64,000 bases of DNA from an uncultured delta proteobacterium (GTDB lineage: Bacteria; Desulfobacterota; Desulfuromonadia; Geobacterales; Pseudopelobacteraceae). Both the position numbers and the translations under genes were made by a program. Positions 52,842-62,053 of this stretch are shown here, one piece after another; the stretch's first letter is position 1, and each line of letters begins with the position of its first letter. Below the pieces are notes generated by a model. That model had not been told where the DNA came from and did not search any database. It worked only from the letters and a program-made list of their open reading frames with translations. Where the stretch lies: contig CAVYYZ010000011.1 of the NCBI GenBank assembly GCA_963772835.1, forward strand, positions 64,001 to 128,000. The letters run 5' to 3'.

Positions 52842-53292
52842 TAAACCTTAAAGGCTTTAACGCAAAGGTGCAAGGACGCGAAGCCGCAAAGAAAGTCGAA
52901 AGGTTTTTAGCTGTTTCAACCAAAAAGATTCAGGTTGTTGATTCTGTTTTCCCCTGCGTCTTTGCGCCCTGGCGTCCTTGCGTTAATGAAGTAAACGTCA
53001 AAAGATTTAACGCAAAGGTGCAATGATTCGAAGCCGCATAGAAAGTCGAAGGGCTTTTAGAGGTTTCAACCAAAAAGATTCAGGTTGTTGATTCTGTTTT
53101 CCCCTGCGTCTTTGCGCCCTGGCGTCCTTGCGTTAATGAAGTAAACGTCAAAAGATTTAACGCAAAGGTGCAATGATTCGAAGCCGCCAAGAAAGTCGAA
53201 AGGTTTTTAGAGGTTTAAACAAAAAAGTTTCAGGTGGTTGGTTCTGCTTCTCCCCTTGCGCCTTCGCGCCTTGGCGTCCTTGCGTTAATGAA
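52841..53292 (+). repeat. Three tandem ~150-bp palindromic units
   Basis: TTAACGCAAAGGTGCAA recurs at 52857, 53007 and 53157; each unit ends GGCGTCCTTGCGTTAA. Confidence 0.95.
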
Positions 53293-53326
53293 TGTATGTA
53301 TGGAAGGTTGAAGAATGAGATTCAAG

Positions 53327-53343
53327 CTGACAAAAATTGTCAG
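53327..53343. promoter_or_regulatory. Palindromic putative PilR upstream activating sequence
   Basis: CTGACAAAAATTGTCAG about 100 bp upstream of the pilA sigma54 promoter. Confidence 0.55.
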
Positions 53344-53437
53344 TACTCACTGCCGGAATTGGGTTCTAATGAGAACTGGACCTCGGGAGATGGTTTTTTT
53401 ATTATATAATTACGGTGCGTTACAGAAATAGTTGGTT

Positions 53438-53454
53438 TTGGCCTTGATATTGCT
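53438..53454 (+). promoter_or_regulatory. sigma54 promoter of pilA
   Basis: TTGGCCT-TGATA-TTGCT; IHF-like TAATTACGGTGCGTTA just upstream. Confidence 0.75.
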
Positions 53455-53519
53455 AATTAGTATGGTAACTTCTCAACCAAGCTCTGTCTCAGAGCACAAC
53501 CCACGAAAGGAGAAACATT

Positions 53520-53756
53520 ATGTTTAACAAGCTTCGTAGCACAAAAGGTTTCACCCTGATCGAGCTGCTGATCGTTGTTGCGATCATCGGTATCCTGGCC
53601 GCCGTTGCCATCCCGCAGTTTTCATCGTACCGCGCCAAGGCGTACAACTCGGCCGGTAATGCTGACATCAAAAACATGAAAACCGGCATGGAAGCTTTCA
53701 TGGCTGACAATCAAGAGTACCCTGTAGACTGTTGTTATACCAATAACTTAATTTAG
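53520..53756 (+). CDS. pilA: Short type IVa pilin PilA-N (Geobacter e-pilin type); extreme C-terminus may be frameshifted
   Basis: KG|FTLIELLIVVAIIGILAAVAIPQF; aromatics at mature F1, F24, Y27, Y32, F50, Y57. Confidence 0.93.
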   Translation: MFNKLRSTKGFTLIELLIVVAIIGILAAVAIPQFSSYRAKAYNSAGNADIKNMKTGMEAFMADNQEYPVDCCYTNNLI

Positions 53757-53769
53757 AAAGGAGAACACA

Positions 53770-54166
53770 ATGTGTTAGAAAAATATCGATTCTTACTGCG
53801 ATTGCGTTGCTTATGGCATCATCAGCTTTTGCTCGGTAGTCAGTCATCACTATGGCTTCAACTATGGCAGCATGCTGACAACAGGTAAGTCGCTGTATGG
53901 CGCAAAAAGCGGTACTGCAGACACTACCTCACCACTTATCGGCAAAACATCTACTGGTGTCGCAGTATGGTGTTTTCTGCGTACCTCGGGTACGGGATAT
54001 GCTATTGTAACCCAGCATATGAACGGTACAAAGGCATTTGGCACTTCGTATGACAGCTACTAACTATTTTTTCAAAAGATGTAACAGCAACAAAAGGTAC
54101 TGCGTTTTTAACAGTATCCGACAACAACCGACTCGTCTGATTTCTAACGGCTGGTCATCAATGTAG
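53770..54166 (+). pseudogene. PilA-C-like partner protein, broken by several apparent single-base indels
   Basis: AAAGGAG RBS; reconstructable signal peptide RKISILTAIALLMASSAFA, then KTSTGVAV..GYAIVTQHMNGTKAFGTSYDS, ending GWSSM*. Confidence 0.7.
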
Positions 54167-54188
54167 ATTTTTCTGCTCTTGGTACATC

Positions 54189-54219
54189 AAGCGGGATGTT
54201 TCGGCATCCCGCTTTTTTT
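54189..54219 (+). terminator. Rho-independent terminator after pilA-N/pilA-C
   Basis: AAGCGGGATG/CATCCCGCTTTTTTT. Confidence 0.85.
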
Positions 54220-54233
54220 ATGGACTCATTTAT

Positions 54234-55979
54234 ATGCCCACATATCAAAAATCACGAACATTACTGTTATGCCTTGTGTTTGTAGTGCTTGGGATTTACT
54301 ATCCGACCCTGTTCTCTCCGCTCAATTCTGTCGATGACGTCGGAGATGTATCAAAATCTGTTAAATACCGACAGTTTTAGCCTAAAGGGAATATTCTTTC
54401 CCGGTGGATCCAATAGTTATTATCGTCCCATCTTGATTTTGTCATTTATGATGGATAAATTTATCTGGGGGCTTGAAGAAAGCTTCATGCACCTTGAAAA
54501 CATTTTCTTCCATCTTGCCAATACGTTGCTGGTTTATGCTGTTGCCCGTCGGGCCGCTGATTATCTTACCAATACCATCCCCAGTTGCACCGTTCGCGCG
54601 GCACTTTTTTTTGCCATCCACCCACTTAATACCGAAGTCGTCAACTGGATCTCAGGCCGGACCGATCTTCTGGCCGGTTTTTTTCTGTTTTTGGCAATGT
54701 ACTTCAATGTTAAAGCGGCCGTTAGGATGGTTGCAGTCGTTCATGGCGGCACTCAGTATGTTGTTGGCCTGTCTTGCTAAGGAAACAGCAATTTTTTTCC
54801 TTCCGGCTGCATTGTTATTTCCTTTTTTTATGTCTGCAACCAGAGACGGCTACAATTCCACTTCGTTCCGCTTCCGCAGTTACTGGTTCCATTTTGTTAT
54901 TTTCTGCTCTAGCCGGAGCCTGCCTATTTTGCATTTCGCTCATTGGCCTTCTCCAAAGGTGATCAAGGTGATTGCCCGGGTTATGACTCACGTTGGCGGC
55001 TCAGATAGCGTCAGTCTGCTGATAACCGCGAGACTGTGTATTGAAGGCTATCGGTTTTTATGCAAAAAAACTGCTGATACCATTTCCTCTCAATTTCGGT
55101 ATAATTCATGTTTCCGATGCTTATCTGCCCCTTGGAATGCTCGTGCTGGCAGGTATTGTCTGGCTCATGACCCGAAGGACTCTTCCTGCTTTTTTTGTGA
55201 TCTGTGCTGGAGCCGTCGGTACCTCTGCGCTGATTATTCCGTTTACTCAGATTGACCTGGACCCCGTTGGCTGAGCGCTATATGTATATTTCTTCCGCGT
55301 TCTTTCTGGTTGGCATTACATTGGCGGTGCAGCGATGGGACCACTGTTTTAAGTATCGTGTGCCACTGACTCTTGCCATGTCGTTCCTTGCTGCTATTGC
55401 ATTTTACGGTACTGCCACTCGTAATATTGTCTGGCAGGACAATGTGGCTCTGTTTCAGGATACGCTTCGGAAATCTCCTGATTTTGTTGCCTGCTCGAAA
55501 TGAAATCGCAAATGCATTATATGAAAGAGGAAGAGAGAAAGAAGCTACTTGCAATCTACAAATCATTCAGCTCATCGAGTGGTCTTGTCAATGCCCAGTT
55601 CGGGTTGAAAAACAAGGCATTGCCTTGACGTACGAAGGTGATTTTACTGAAGCCCGTGAAATATTGAGAAGTTGCTGGCAAAGCCCGGCAAATATGAAGT
55701 CTGCTATCTTGCAGCAGGTACTCGAACTCAATAAGATGCAGGTTGCAGCAAAAAAGCATTACAATCAGAGATGTGTACGCTGAATCAGCTTCTACATTAA
55801 CCCGTCTCATCGAGCTTACAGGCGACCCTTTCTTTTCCTACCGCCTTGGGATAGTTCATATGCAGGAAGGAAATAAAGAAAAAGCAGTTGCGGCATTTAC
55901 TACTGTTGTAAGAACCGCCCCTCCCACCGCATATTACCGCAAGCCGGCTGAAAAACTGGCGAAAGATCTTGCAAGGTGA
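54234..55979 (+). pseudogene. XapA-like GT-C/TMTC-like membrane protein with TPR tail, multiply frameshifted
   Basis: Fragments NSVDD, YYRP, FAIHPLNTEVVNWISGRTD, LAKETA, AERYMY, RNIVWQD spread over all three frames. Confidence 0.75.
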
Positions 55980-56018
55980 TAATTGTAGGCCCATGTCTTT
56001 CTGAAATAAGGATTGCTT

Positions 56019-56810
56019 ATGACGACAATTATTAATATTACCCTTAAAGGCATCTTCCGTGACCGCGTTTTTCAGGGAATTATGGTAACTGCGTGTATTT
56101 TCCTGTTGATCCCGGTCATCGCTTCGCTTTCCATGCGTCAGGTAACAGAACTTTCCCTGACATTATCACTTTCCCTTGTTTCATTCATTCTGCTGTTGCT
56201 GGCGGTGTTTCTGGGCGGAACGTCGCTCTGGAAAGATATTGAACGCCGCTACACGTTCAGCGTACTGGGGCTGCCGCTATCGCGACAGAGTTATCTGCTT
56301 GGTCGTTTTGGCGGCACTGCTCTGTTTGTGATGCTGACTTCAGTCGTTCTGGGTACTGCAGCTTTTGCCGTGGTACTGTATACCTCATCAATGTATCCTC
56401 CTGATAAGCCGGTTGTCTGGTCAACCATGGCACTCTGCATTCTGTTTGATGCCCTGAAATACATTCTGCTCATCGCGGTGGCCTTCCTGTTTTCTACTGT
56501 CAGTACTTCATTCTTCCTGCCGGTTTTCGGCACGATTGCCACGTTTCTCGCCGGTGGTGTTACGCAGCAGGTGTACGAGTATATTCACTCCCCCGCATCA
56601 GTAAATCTGCCGACATCTGTTAAGTTGATTGCCAACGGACTGTACTATCTGCTGCCCAATTTCAGTGCCTTTGATTTGAAGGTAAACGCAATATACGGTC
56701 TCCCGGTTCCTGCCTATGGACTGCTCTTGACGGCGGCCTATTTCCTTGTCTACGTGGGAATACTGTTGTCACTCTCGTCCGCCGTTTTCCTGCGGCGCGA
56801 AATGAAATAG
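56019..56810 (+). CDS. ABC-2 type permease (XapB-like)
   Basis: Six TM helices, WKDIERR, YYLLPNF; position in the pilA-xap locus. Confidence 0.85.
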   Translation: MTTIINITLKGIFRDRVFQGIMVTACIFLLIPVIASLSMRQVTELSLTLSLSLVSFILLLLAVFLGGTSLWKDIERRYTFSVLGLPLSRQSYLLGRFGGTALFVMLTSVVLGTAAFAVVLYTSSMYPPDKPVVWSTMALCILFDALKYILLIAVAFLFSTVSTSFFLPVFGTIATFLAGGVTQQVYEYIHSPASVNLPTSVKLIANGLYYLLPNFSAFDLKVNAIYGLPVPAYGLLLTAAYFLVYVGILLSLSSAVFLRREMK

Positions 56811-56813
56811 CCG

Positions 56814-57665
56814 ATGATTAAACCGGTCTCCGCAGCCCTGATCTGTCTGCTTTTGTACGGAATGCTGATCATTCCGTTTACAGCTTACCTGCACGACAAA
56901 CCGTTCGTGGAAAAGCTCGGCTATGTCCCCTCGGTGACGGCGCTCAAGACGTTTGCCGCCGACCATAAAGAACTGGTAGCGGCATCACTGGTGCTGAAGG
57001 TCCTGATGTACTTCGGCGGGCTTTTGGATAAAGCTGATAACCAGGTGGCGGTTCCACCGGACTACATGACCATGTCCCGTCTGCTGCATGGCGCGGTCAA
57101 GCTTGATCCCTACAATATGGACGCCTACTATTTTGCCCAGGGGTTTCTTGCCTGGGACGTCAAACAATTTAAGCTGGCCAATGATCTTCTTGATTACGGT
57201 ATGAAGTACCGCACCTGGGATTGGTATCTTCCCTTTTTTGCCGGGTTTAACAGCGCATTTTTTCTGAAAGACTATACAGCGGCCGCCAGATATTATCAGC
57301 GCGCCGGAGAACTTTCCGGTTCCGATATGTCCAAACTTCTTGCCGGTCGCTATATGCAGCAATCGGGTCAGACGGAGCTGGCAATCGCATATCTTGCCAC
57401 GATGGCAAAAGAGGAAAGAAATCCTGCCGTGAAAAAAACATATCTGCTGCGGTTGACCGCTTTCCGTGAAACCCGTCGCATTGAGGTGGCACGCGATCGT
57501 TATCGGGAAACGCGGGGGGCACTGCCGGTTACCGTAGAGCAGTTGGTTTCGGGAGGTCTCCTCACACCATCACCCCGGGATCCTTACGGCGGAACGTTTT
57601 TTCTGGAAGCGGATGGTAGGGTTGCAACCACCAGTAAATACGCTTTTGCCGGGGTGAAGAAGTGA
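56814..57665 (+). CDS. XapC-like TPR-containing membrane-anchored protein
   Basis: LDPYNMDAYY, PFFAGFN, DPYGG; position between permease and ATPase. Confidence 0.75.
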   Translation: MIKPVSAALICLLLYGMLIIPFTAYLHDKPFVEKLGYVPSVTALKTFAADHKELVAASLVLKVLMYFGGLLDKADNQVAVPPDYMTMSRLLHGAVKLDPYNMDAYYFAQGFLAWDVKQFKLANDLLDYGMKYRTWDWYLPFFAGFNSAFFLKDYTAAARYYQRAGELSGSDMSKLLAGRYMQQSGQTELAIAYLATMAKEERNPAVKKTYLLRLTAFRETRRIEVARDRYRETRGALPVTVEQLVSGGLLTPSPRDPYGGTFFLEADGRVATTSKYAFAGVKK

Positions 57666-57702
57666 TCCTGAAAAGAGGTTCTGATGGGTCTTACATTACT
57701 GT

Positions 57703-57985
57703 TTAACGCAAGGACGCCAAGGCGCAAAGGCGCAAGGGAGAAGCAAAAACAACTACCGGAATCTTTTTGGTTGAAACCTCTAAAAGCCTTTCGCCTTTCC
57801 TGGAGGCTTTGTGTCCTTGCACCTTTGCGTTGATTTTTTTGACGATATACATTCATTAACGCAAGGGCGCCAAGGCGCGAAGACGCAAAATCACCCCCGG
57901 TCTTTTTGGTTGAATCAGCTAAAAGCCTTTCGACTTTCTTTGCGACTTCGCGTCCTTGCACCTTTGCGTTGAATCTTTTGACGGT
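57703..57985 (-). repeat. Two tandem copies of the ~150-bp palindromic unit, inverted relative to 52841-53292
   Basis: TCTTTTTGGTTGAA..TAAAAGCCTTTCG..GTCCTTGCACCTTTGCGTT is the reverse complement of the upstream unit core. Confidence 0.93.
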
Positions 57986-58072
57986 ATATTTTTAATTGCG
58001 GAAGAACGTATGATTTTAAGCCGTGCTTGCAATTGTATGAAAAACGCAGTAACGTTGCGTTGGAGGTGTAAT

Positions 58073-58321
58073 ATGCCGTCACTACAAGTAAGGGAATTAC
58101 CGGAAAATATCTATGTGCAGCTCTGTCGTGAGGCTGAGGTACAGCATCGTTCAATTGCCCAGCAGGCGGTGGCGTCACTTGCCCGCGGGCTTCAAATTGA
58201 GCTTGACCCCAGGTCGCGCCGGATCGCGCTACTGGCGCAGATTAACGCTGATCCCATTACACTGAAAGCAGCATTACCGGTAAATCCGGCGAACCTCATC
58301 AGGGAGGATCGTGACCGATGA
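58073..58321 (+). CDS. FitA-like ribbon-helix-helix antitoxin
   Basis: MPSLQVRELP..A...HRSI, ending IREDRDR; overlaps PIN gene start. Confidence 0.82.
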   Translation: MPSLQVRELPENIYVQLCREAEVQHRSIAQQAVASLARGLQIELDPRSRRIALLAQINADPITLKAALPVNPANLIREDRDR

Positions 58322-58716
58322 TTACGGTGCTTGATGCCAGCGCTGCAGTTGCAATTGCGATGAACCTTCCTGAATCGGTGAAATTTCAACCGAATATTGA
58401 TGCTTCTGATATCGTAATTGCTCCGGATCTCTTTGTGGCGGAGGTTTCAAACACGATATGGAAGTACGTGAAGGCAGGGGTTATGGATTCGGAGCAGGGT
58501 GATTGTGTACTTGAACGTGCCATGGGACTGGTGGATTCTTTTGAACCGGGACTGGCCTTGTACCGGGAAGCGTATGCGTTGTCAGTTGACCAACTGCATC
58601 CGGTGTATGATGCACTGTATCTTGTGTTAGCCCGCCGGCACAATGGTATCCTGGCAACACTGGATCGACGGATGGCAGACCTGGCTTCGAAACTGCACAT
58701 CAGAATGCTACCATAA
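58318..58716 (+). CDS. VapC/PIN-domain toxin
   Basis: VLDAS, AEVSN, VYDALY..LA, LATLD. Confidence 0.88.
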   Translation: MITVLDASAAVAIAMNLPESVKFQPNIDASDIVIAPDLFVAEVSNTIWKYVKAGVMDSEQGDCVLERAMGLVDSFEPGLALYREAYALSVDQLHPVYDALYLVLARRHNGILATLDRRMADLASKLHIRMLP

Positions 58717-58736
58717 TATGACGGGAGTTGTGACGT

Positions 58737-59657
58737 ATGAACGCCATTGAGATAACGGGATTGTGCAAACAGTTTACCGGTAAACGGATGACCAGAGTTG
58801 ACGCTCTTAAGGGGCTTGACCTTACCATAGCAGCGGGTGAAGTATTCGGTTTTCTGGGACCGAATGGTGCCGGTAAAAGTACCACCATCAAGCTGGTGAT
58901 GGGCTTGTTACGGCCGACCTCCGGCAGAGCCGGCATTATGGGCATGGATGCCGGCCAGGCTGAATCGCGGCGTCATGTCGGCTATCTTCCGGAAAACCCG
59001 GCGTTCTACGATTATCTGAGCGCGGAAGAGTATATAACCTTTGTCGGATCGCAGTTCAAAATGGAGCCGGAATTATTACGGCAGCGTTCGGACGAGGTTC
59101 TGCAGCGTCTCGATCTGTGGGAGGCCCGAAAGCGGCCGATGCGTGGCTACAGCAAAGGAATGGTGCAGCGGGTCGGGTTGGCGCAGGCGCTGGTTCATGA
59201 CCCGGATGTGTATATCCTGGATGAGCCGATGAGCGGCCTCGATCCGATCGGCCGGGCGCTGGTGAAGGATATCATTCTGGACCTGAAAAAACGTGGCAAG
59301 TGTGTCTTCTTCAGTACGCACATTACCGATGATGTTGAAAAAGTCTGTGATCGGGTCGGAGTGATTGTTAAGGGAAGTCTGGTGGCGCTTGACCGGGTTG
59401 AAAATATCCTTCGCAGCGGTGTGGAAGGGTATGTTATTCATCTGCAGCTCCCGGAAGAGACCTCACACTCGTTTGCGGGAATTGAAGCGCTCCGTCGCAC
59501 GGATTCAGTCTCTGAATTTTATGTGCCGTGTGGGGTGTTCAACGCCTTTATGGGCGAAGTTAACTCATCCGGTACCAACGTTATTCTGGTGGAAACAAAA
59601 CGGCGGGATCTGGAGGATTTCTTTCTGTCGCTGGTTAAGAATGATTCGGCTGCCTGA
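58737..59657 (+). CDS. ABC transporter ATP-binding protein (XapD-like)
   Basis: GPNGAGKS, YSKGMVQR, LDEPMSGLD. Confidence 0.9.
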   Translation: MNAIEITGLCKQFTGKRMTRVDALKGLDLTIAAGEVFGFLGPNGAGKSTTIKLVMGLLRPTSGRAGIMGMDAGQAESRRHVGYLPENPAFYDYLSAEEYITFVGSQFKMEPELLRQRSDEVLQRLDLWEARKRPMRGYSKGMVQRVGLAQALVHDPDVYILDEPMSGLDPIGRALVKDIILDLKKRGKCVFFSTHITDDVEKVCDRVGVIVKGSLVALDRVENILRSGVEGYVIHLQLPEETSHSFAGIEALRRTDSVSEFYVPCGVFNAFMGEVNSSGTNVILVETKRRDLEDFFLSLVKNDSAA

Positions 59658-59740
59658 TCACTGATACTCGCGCCTATTTTTGAAAAATAAAAACGAAGGT
59701 TTTTGAATATGATACAATCCCCGAAAGGGAGGATTATGAT

Positions 59741-60028
59741 ATGACACGTGAACAGATTCTTGATTTTTTGAGACAGCATAAGCAGGAAATGCATGATCGA
59801 TTTGGTGTTACCAGGATCGGACTGTTCGGGAGCTATGCCCGCGGTGATGCTCGTGTGGATTCGGATATTGATGTTGCAATTGAACTTTCCCACAATACAG
59901 CAGACAGTTACTTTGGTGTGCTCCATTTTCTTGAAGATTCTTTTCAGGTGAAAATTGACCTGGGCATTGAGTCGAATTTCAAACCGGTCTTAAAACCTTA
60001 CATTATGAAAGAAATTGTGTATGTGTGA
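59741..60028 (+). CDS. Minimal nucleotidyltransferase (MntA-type antitoxin)
   Basis: LFGSYARG....SDID. Confidence 0.88.
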   Translation: MTREQILDFLRQHKQEMHDRFGVTRIGLFGSYARGDARVDSDIDVAIELSHNTADSYFGVLHFLEDSFQVKIDLGIESNFKPVLKPYIMKEIVYV

Positions 60029-60146
60029 ACGATCAGACCTTCAATTTTTTCAGGATATTCTGGAATCAATAAATGCGGCCATGGAATTTGTGGCTGATTA
60101 CGATAATGTCCGCCATAAAAATGATCTTGATACTCACTGCTTATAA
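60021..60146 (+). pseudogene. Truncated HepT/DUF86-like toxin (N-terminal fragment)
   Basis: MCERSDLQFFQDILESINAAMEFV overlapping the MNT stop; stops after 41 aa, before any HEPN active-site motif. Confidence 0.7.
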
Positions 60147-60167
60147 TCGTTTACAGGAGCCTGAGCA

Positions 60168-61016
60168 ATGATATCAGCGTTCCTGCGGCTCTGCAGAGTA
60201 CGGCAGTGGCTGAAAAACCTGATGCTGTTCTTTCCGCCGTTTCTGGGAGGCTCACTCCTTTCCAACAGTAATATTCTTCAGCTACTGCTCCCTTTCAGTG
60301 CATTTTGCCTTGTCTCAAGCGCTACGTATATTCTTAACGATATCCTTGATAAAAAAAACGACAGTCATCACCCTGACAAGTGTGCCAGGCCGATAGCTTC
60401 CGGGAAAATATCGGTCGCTTCGGCGTTACTGTTTGCAGCTGTTCTGCTAACTTGCAGTCTGGTACTCGCCTGGAATATCTCCGGTACATTTATTGTGCTC
60501 ATGATGGTGTATGTTGCCGTTTCAATAGCCTACAGTGCAAAGCTGAAAGACATTGTGCTGGTGGATATTTTCTGTATTTCCGCAGGATTTCTTCTCCGGC
60601 TTCAGGCTGGTGGTGCTGCTTTTAACGTGGCAATTTCAGAATGGCTGTTTTTAAGCGTGTTCCTGCTGTCGGTCTTCCTGAGTACGGGAAAAAGGTTGGC
60701 GGAAAAACAGCATCTGGGAAAAGAGGCTCACCACCATCGCAAGGCACTGCGTGCCTATCCGGAGGGATTTCTTGAAGGTATTTTGTACATGACCGGTGGC
60801 TCGGTACTGGTTACCTACACCATGTACGTAATCTCGCGTCACTCGTCTTTGTTACTCTACACGGTTCCGTTGTGCTGTTTCGGGCTGTTGCGATATATCC
60901 TCCGGGTTCAGTCAGGCAAGGGGGGGGATCCGACTGAGTCGCTGGTCAAGGATGCGTCGCTGCTGATCGTGGGAGTGGTGTGGGTGTGCATGGTAGCGTG
61001 GGGGATATATCTTTGA
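60168..61016 (+). CDS. UbiA-family / decaprenyl-phosphate phosphoribosyltransferase-like (XapE-like)
   Basis: RQWLKN, YILNDILD..D..HP.K..RPIASG, GDPT. Confidence 0.88.
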   Translation: MISAFLRLCRVRQWLKNLMLFFPPFLGGSLLSNSNILQLLLPFSAFCLVSSATYILNDILDKKNDSHHPDKCARPIASGKISVASALLFAAVLLTCSLVLAWNISGTFIVLMMVYVAVSIAYSAKLKDIVLVDIFCISAGFLLRLQAGGAAFNVAISEWLFLSVFLLSVFLSTGKRLAEKQHLGKEAHHHRKALRAYPEGFLEGILYMTGGSVLVTYTMYVISRHSSLLLYTVPLCCFGLLRYILRVQSGKGGDPTESLVKDASLLIVGVVWVCMVAWGIYL

Positions 61017-62053
61017 ATATAGGATTCTGGCGGTATTCCCTCCGTAATCGTGGCGGTGACCGGTTAAGCCTCGATTACGCCAACCACTTGTCTGATATGG
61101 GGCACGATGTAACATTGTACGTGGCGGACATGAACACCATTTTTTCGATCAGTGCCAATCTGAACATTGTTCAGATACCGGATCATGGTCGGATCGTTTT
61201 TATTGCTCAAAGTGCATCGGCATCTCTGAAACATGATGTGGTAATAGTGGATATCATACATCTGGCCCTGCCGCTTTCATGGCATAACCGGGTACTCTAT
61301 TATGCCCAGGCCGACGATGTTGAATACTATGCGAATCCACTTATACGCAATTTCATTGACCGTTTATACCGCTGGTATTTTAACAGTGGCCGCCCGTATA
61401 TTTCCATGTCGCAGCATCTTTCCGGAATACTGGAAAAACGTTACGGAATAATGGCACCCCATACAGTCAGGACCGGTATCGATCATTCTCTCTTCTATCC
61501 GGAACCGGACCATGAATTGTATGCATCCAAGGGGGATAGGCGCGCACTGGTATTTATGGCTCGCGGTGATGAGTATCGAAAGGGTTTCGATATCGCCCGT
61601 GAGGTGTTTCGGAAACTTGGTGCCGTGGCATCTGATAGCATTGAACTCTGGGTGTGCGGCGAAATATTTGAGCCAGACGGTGAAATTTCGGTCAGAAATT
61701 TCGGGCATCTCTCCGATACGCAACTGAGACGGATTCTGAGCAGTGCTGACCTGTTTCTGTATCCATCACGGCATGAGGGTTTTGGACTGTTTCCTCTTGA
61801 GGCGATGGCCTGCGGAATTGTTGTGGTTACCACCGATGCTGTACCGTATGCCCGTGCAACCTCATCGATGCAGGTTGTTGACATCGGTGACCATGAGGGG
61901 ATGGTAAGGATAATTATTGAGCTGCTTAATGACGCGCAGCGGCTTCAACGTCTCAAACAGCAGGCGTTGGCGGATGCCGCCGGATATGACCATGCCGTTG
62001 GTAAATCAGATTTTACCGATTTTGTTTCAGCGATTGTCAGGGACAGTGCCTGA
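61013..62053 (+). CDS. Glycosyltransferase family 4
   Basis: RGG, RKG, EGFGLFPLEAMACG; TTG start overlapping the upstream stop. Confidence 0.88.
   Translation: MNIGFWRYSLRNRGGDRLSLDYANHLSDMGHDVTLYVADMNTIFSISANLNIVQIPDHGRIVFIAQSASASLKHDVVIVDIIHLALPLSWHNRVLYYAQADDVEYYANPLIRNFIDRLYRWYFNSGRPYISMSQHLSGILEKRYGIMAPHTVRTGIDHSLFYPEPDHELYASKGDRRALVFMARGDEYRKGFDIAREVFRKLGAVASDSIELWVCGEIFEPDGEISVRNFGHLSDTQLRRILSSADLFLYPSRHEGFGLFPLEAMACGIVVVTTDAVPYARATSSMQVVDIGDHEGMVRIIIELLNDAQRLQRLKQQALADAAGYDHAVGKSDFTDFVSAIVRDSA

Noticed and set aside
52841..53292. Possible CRISPR array
   Set aside because: Units are ~150 bp and near-identical throughout, with no unique spacers and no cas genes
52841..57985. Integron attC sites
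   Set aside because: TAAC...GTTA ends resemble attC, but the units are tandem without intervening cassettes, lack clear L boxes, and no intI is in the window
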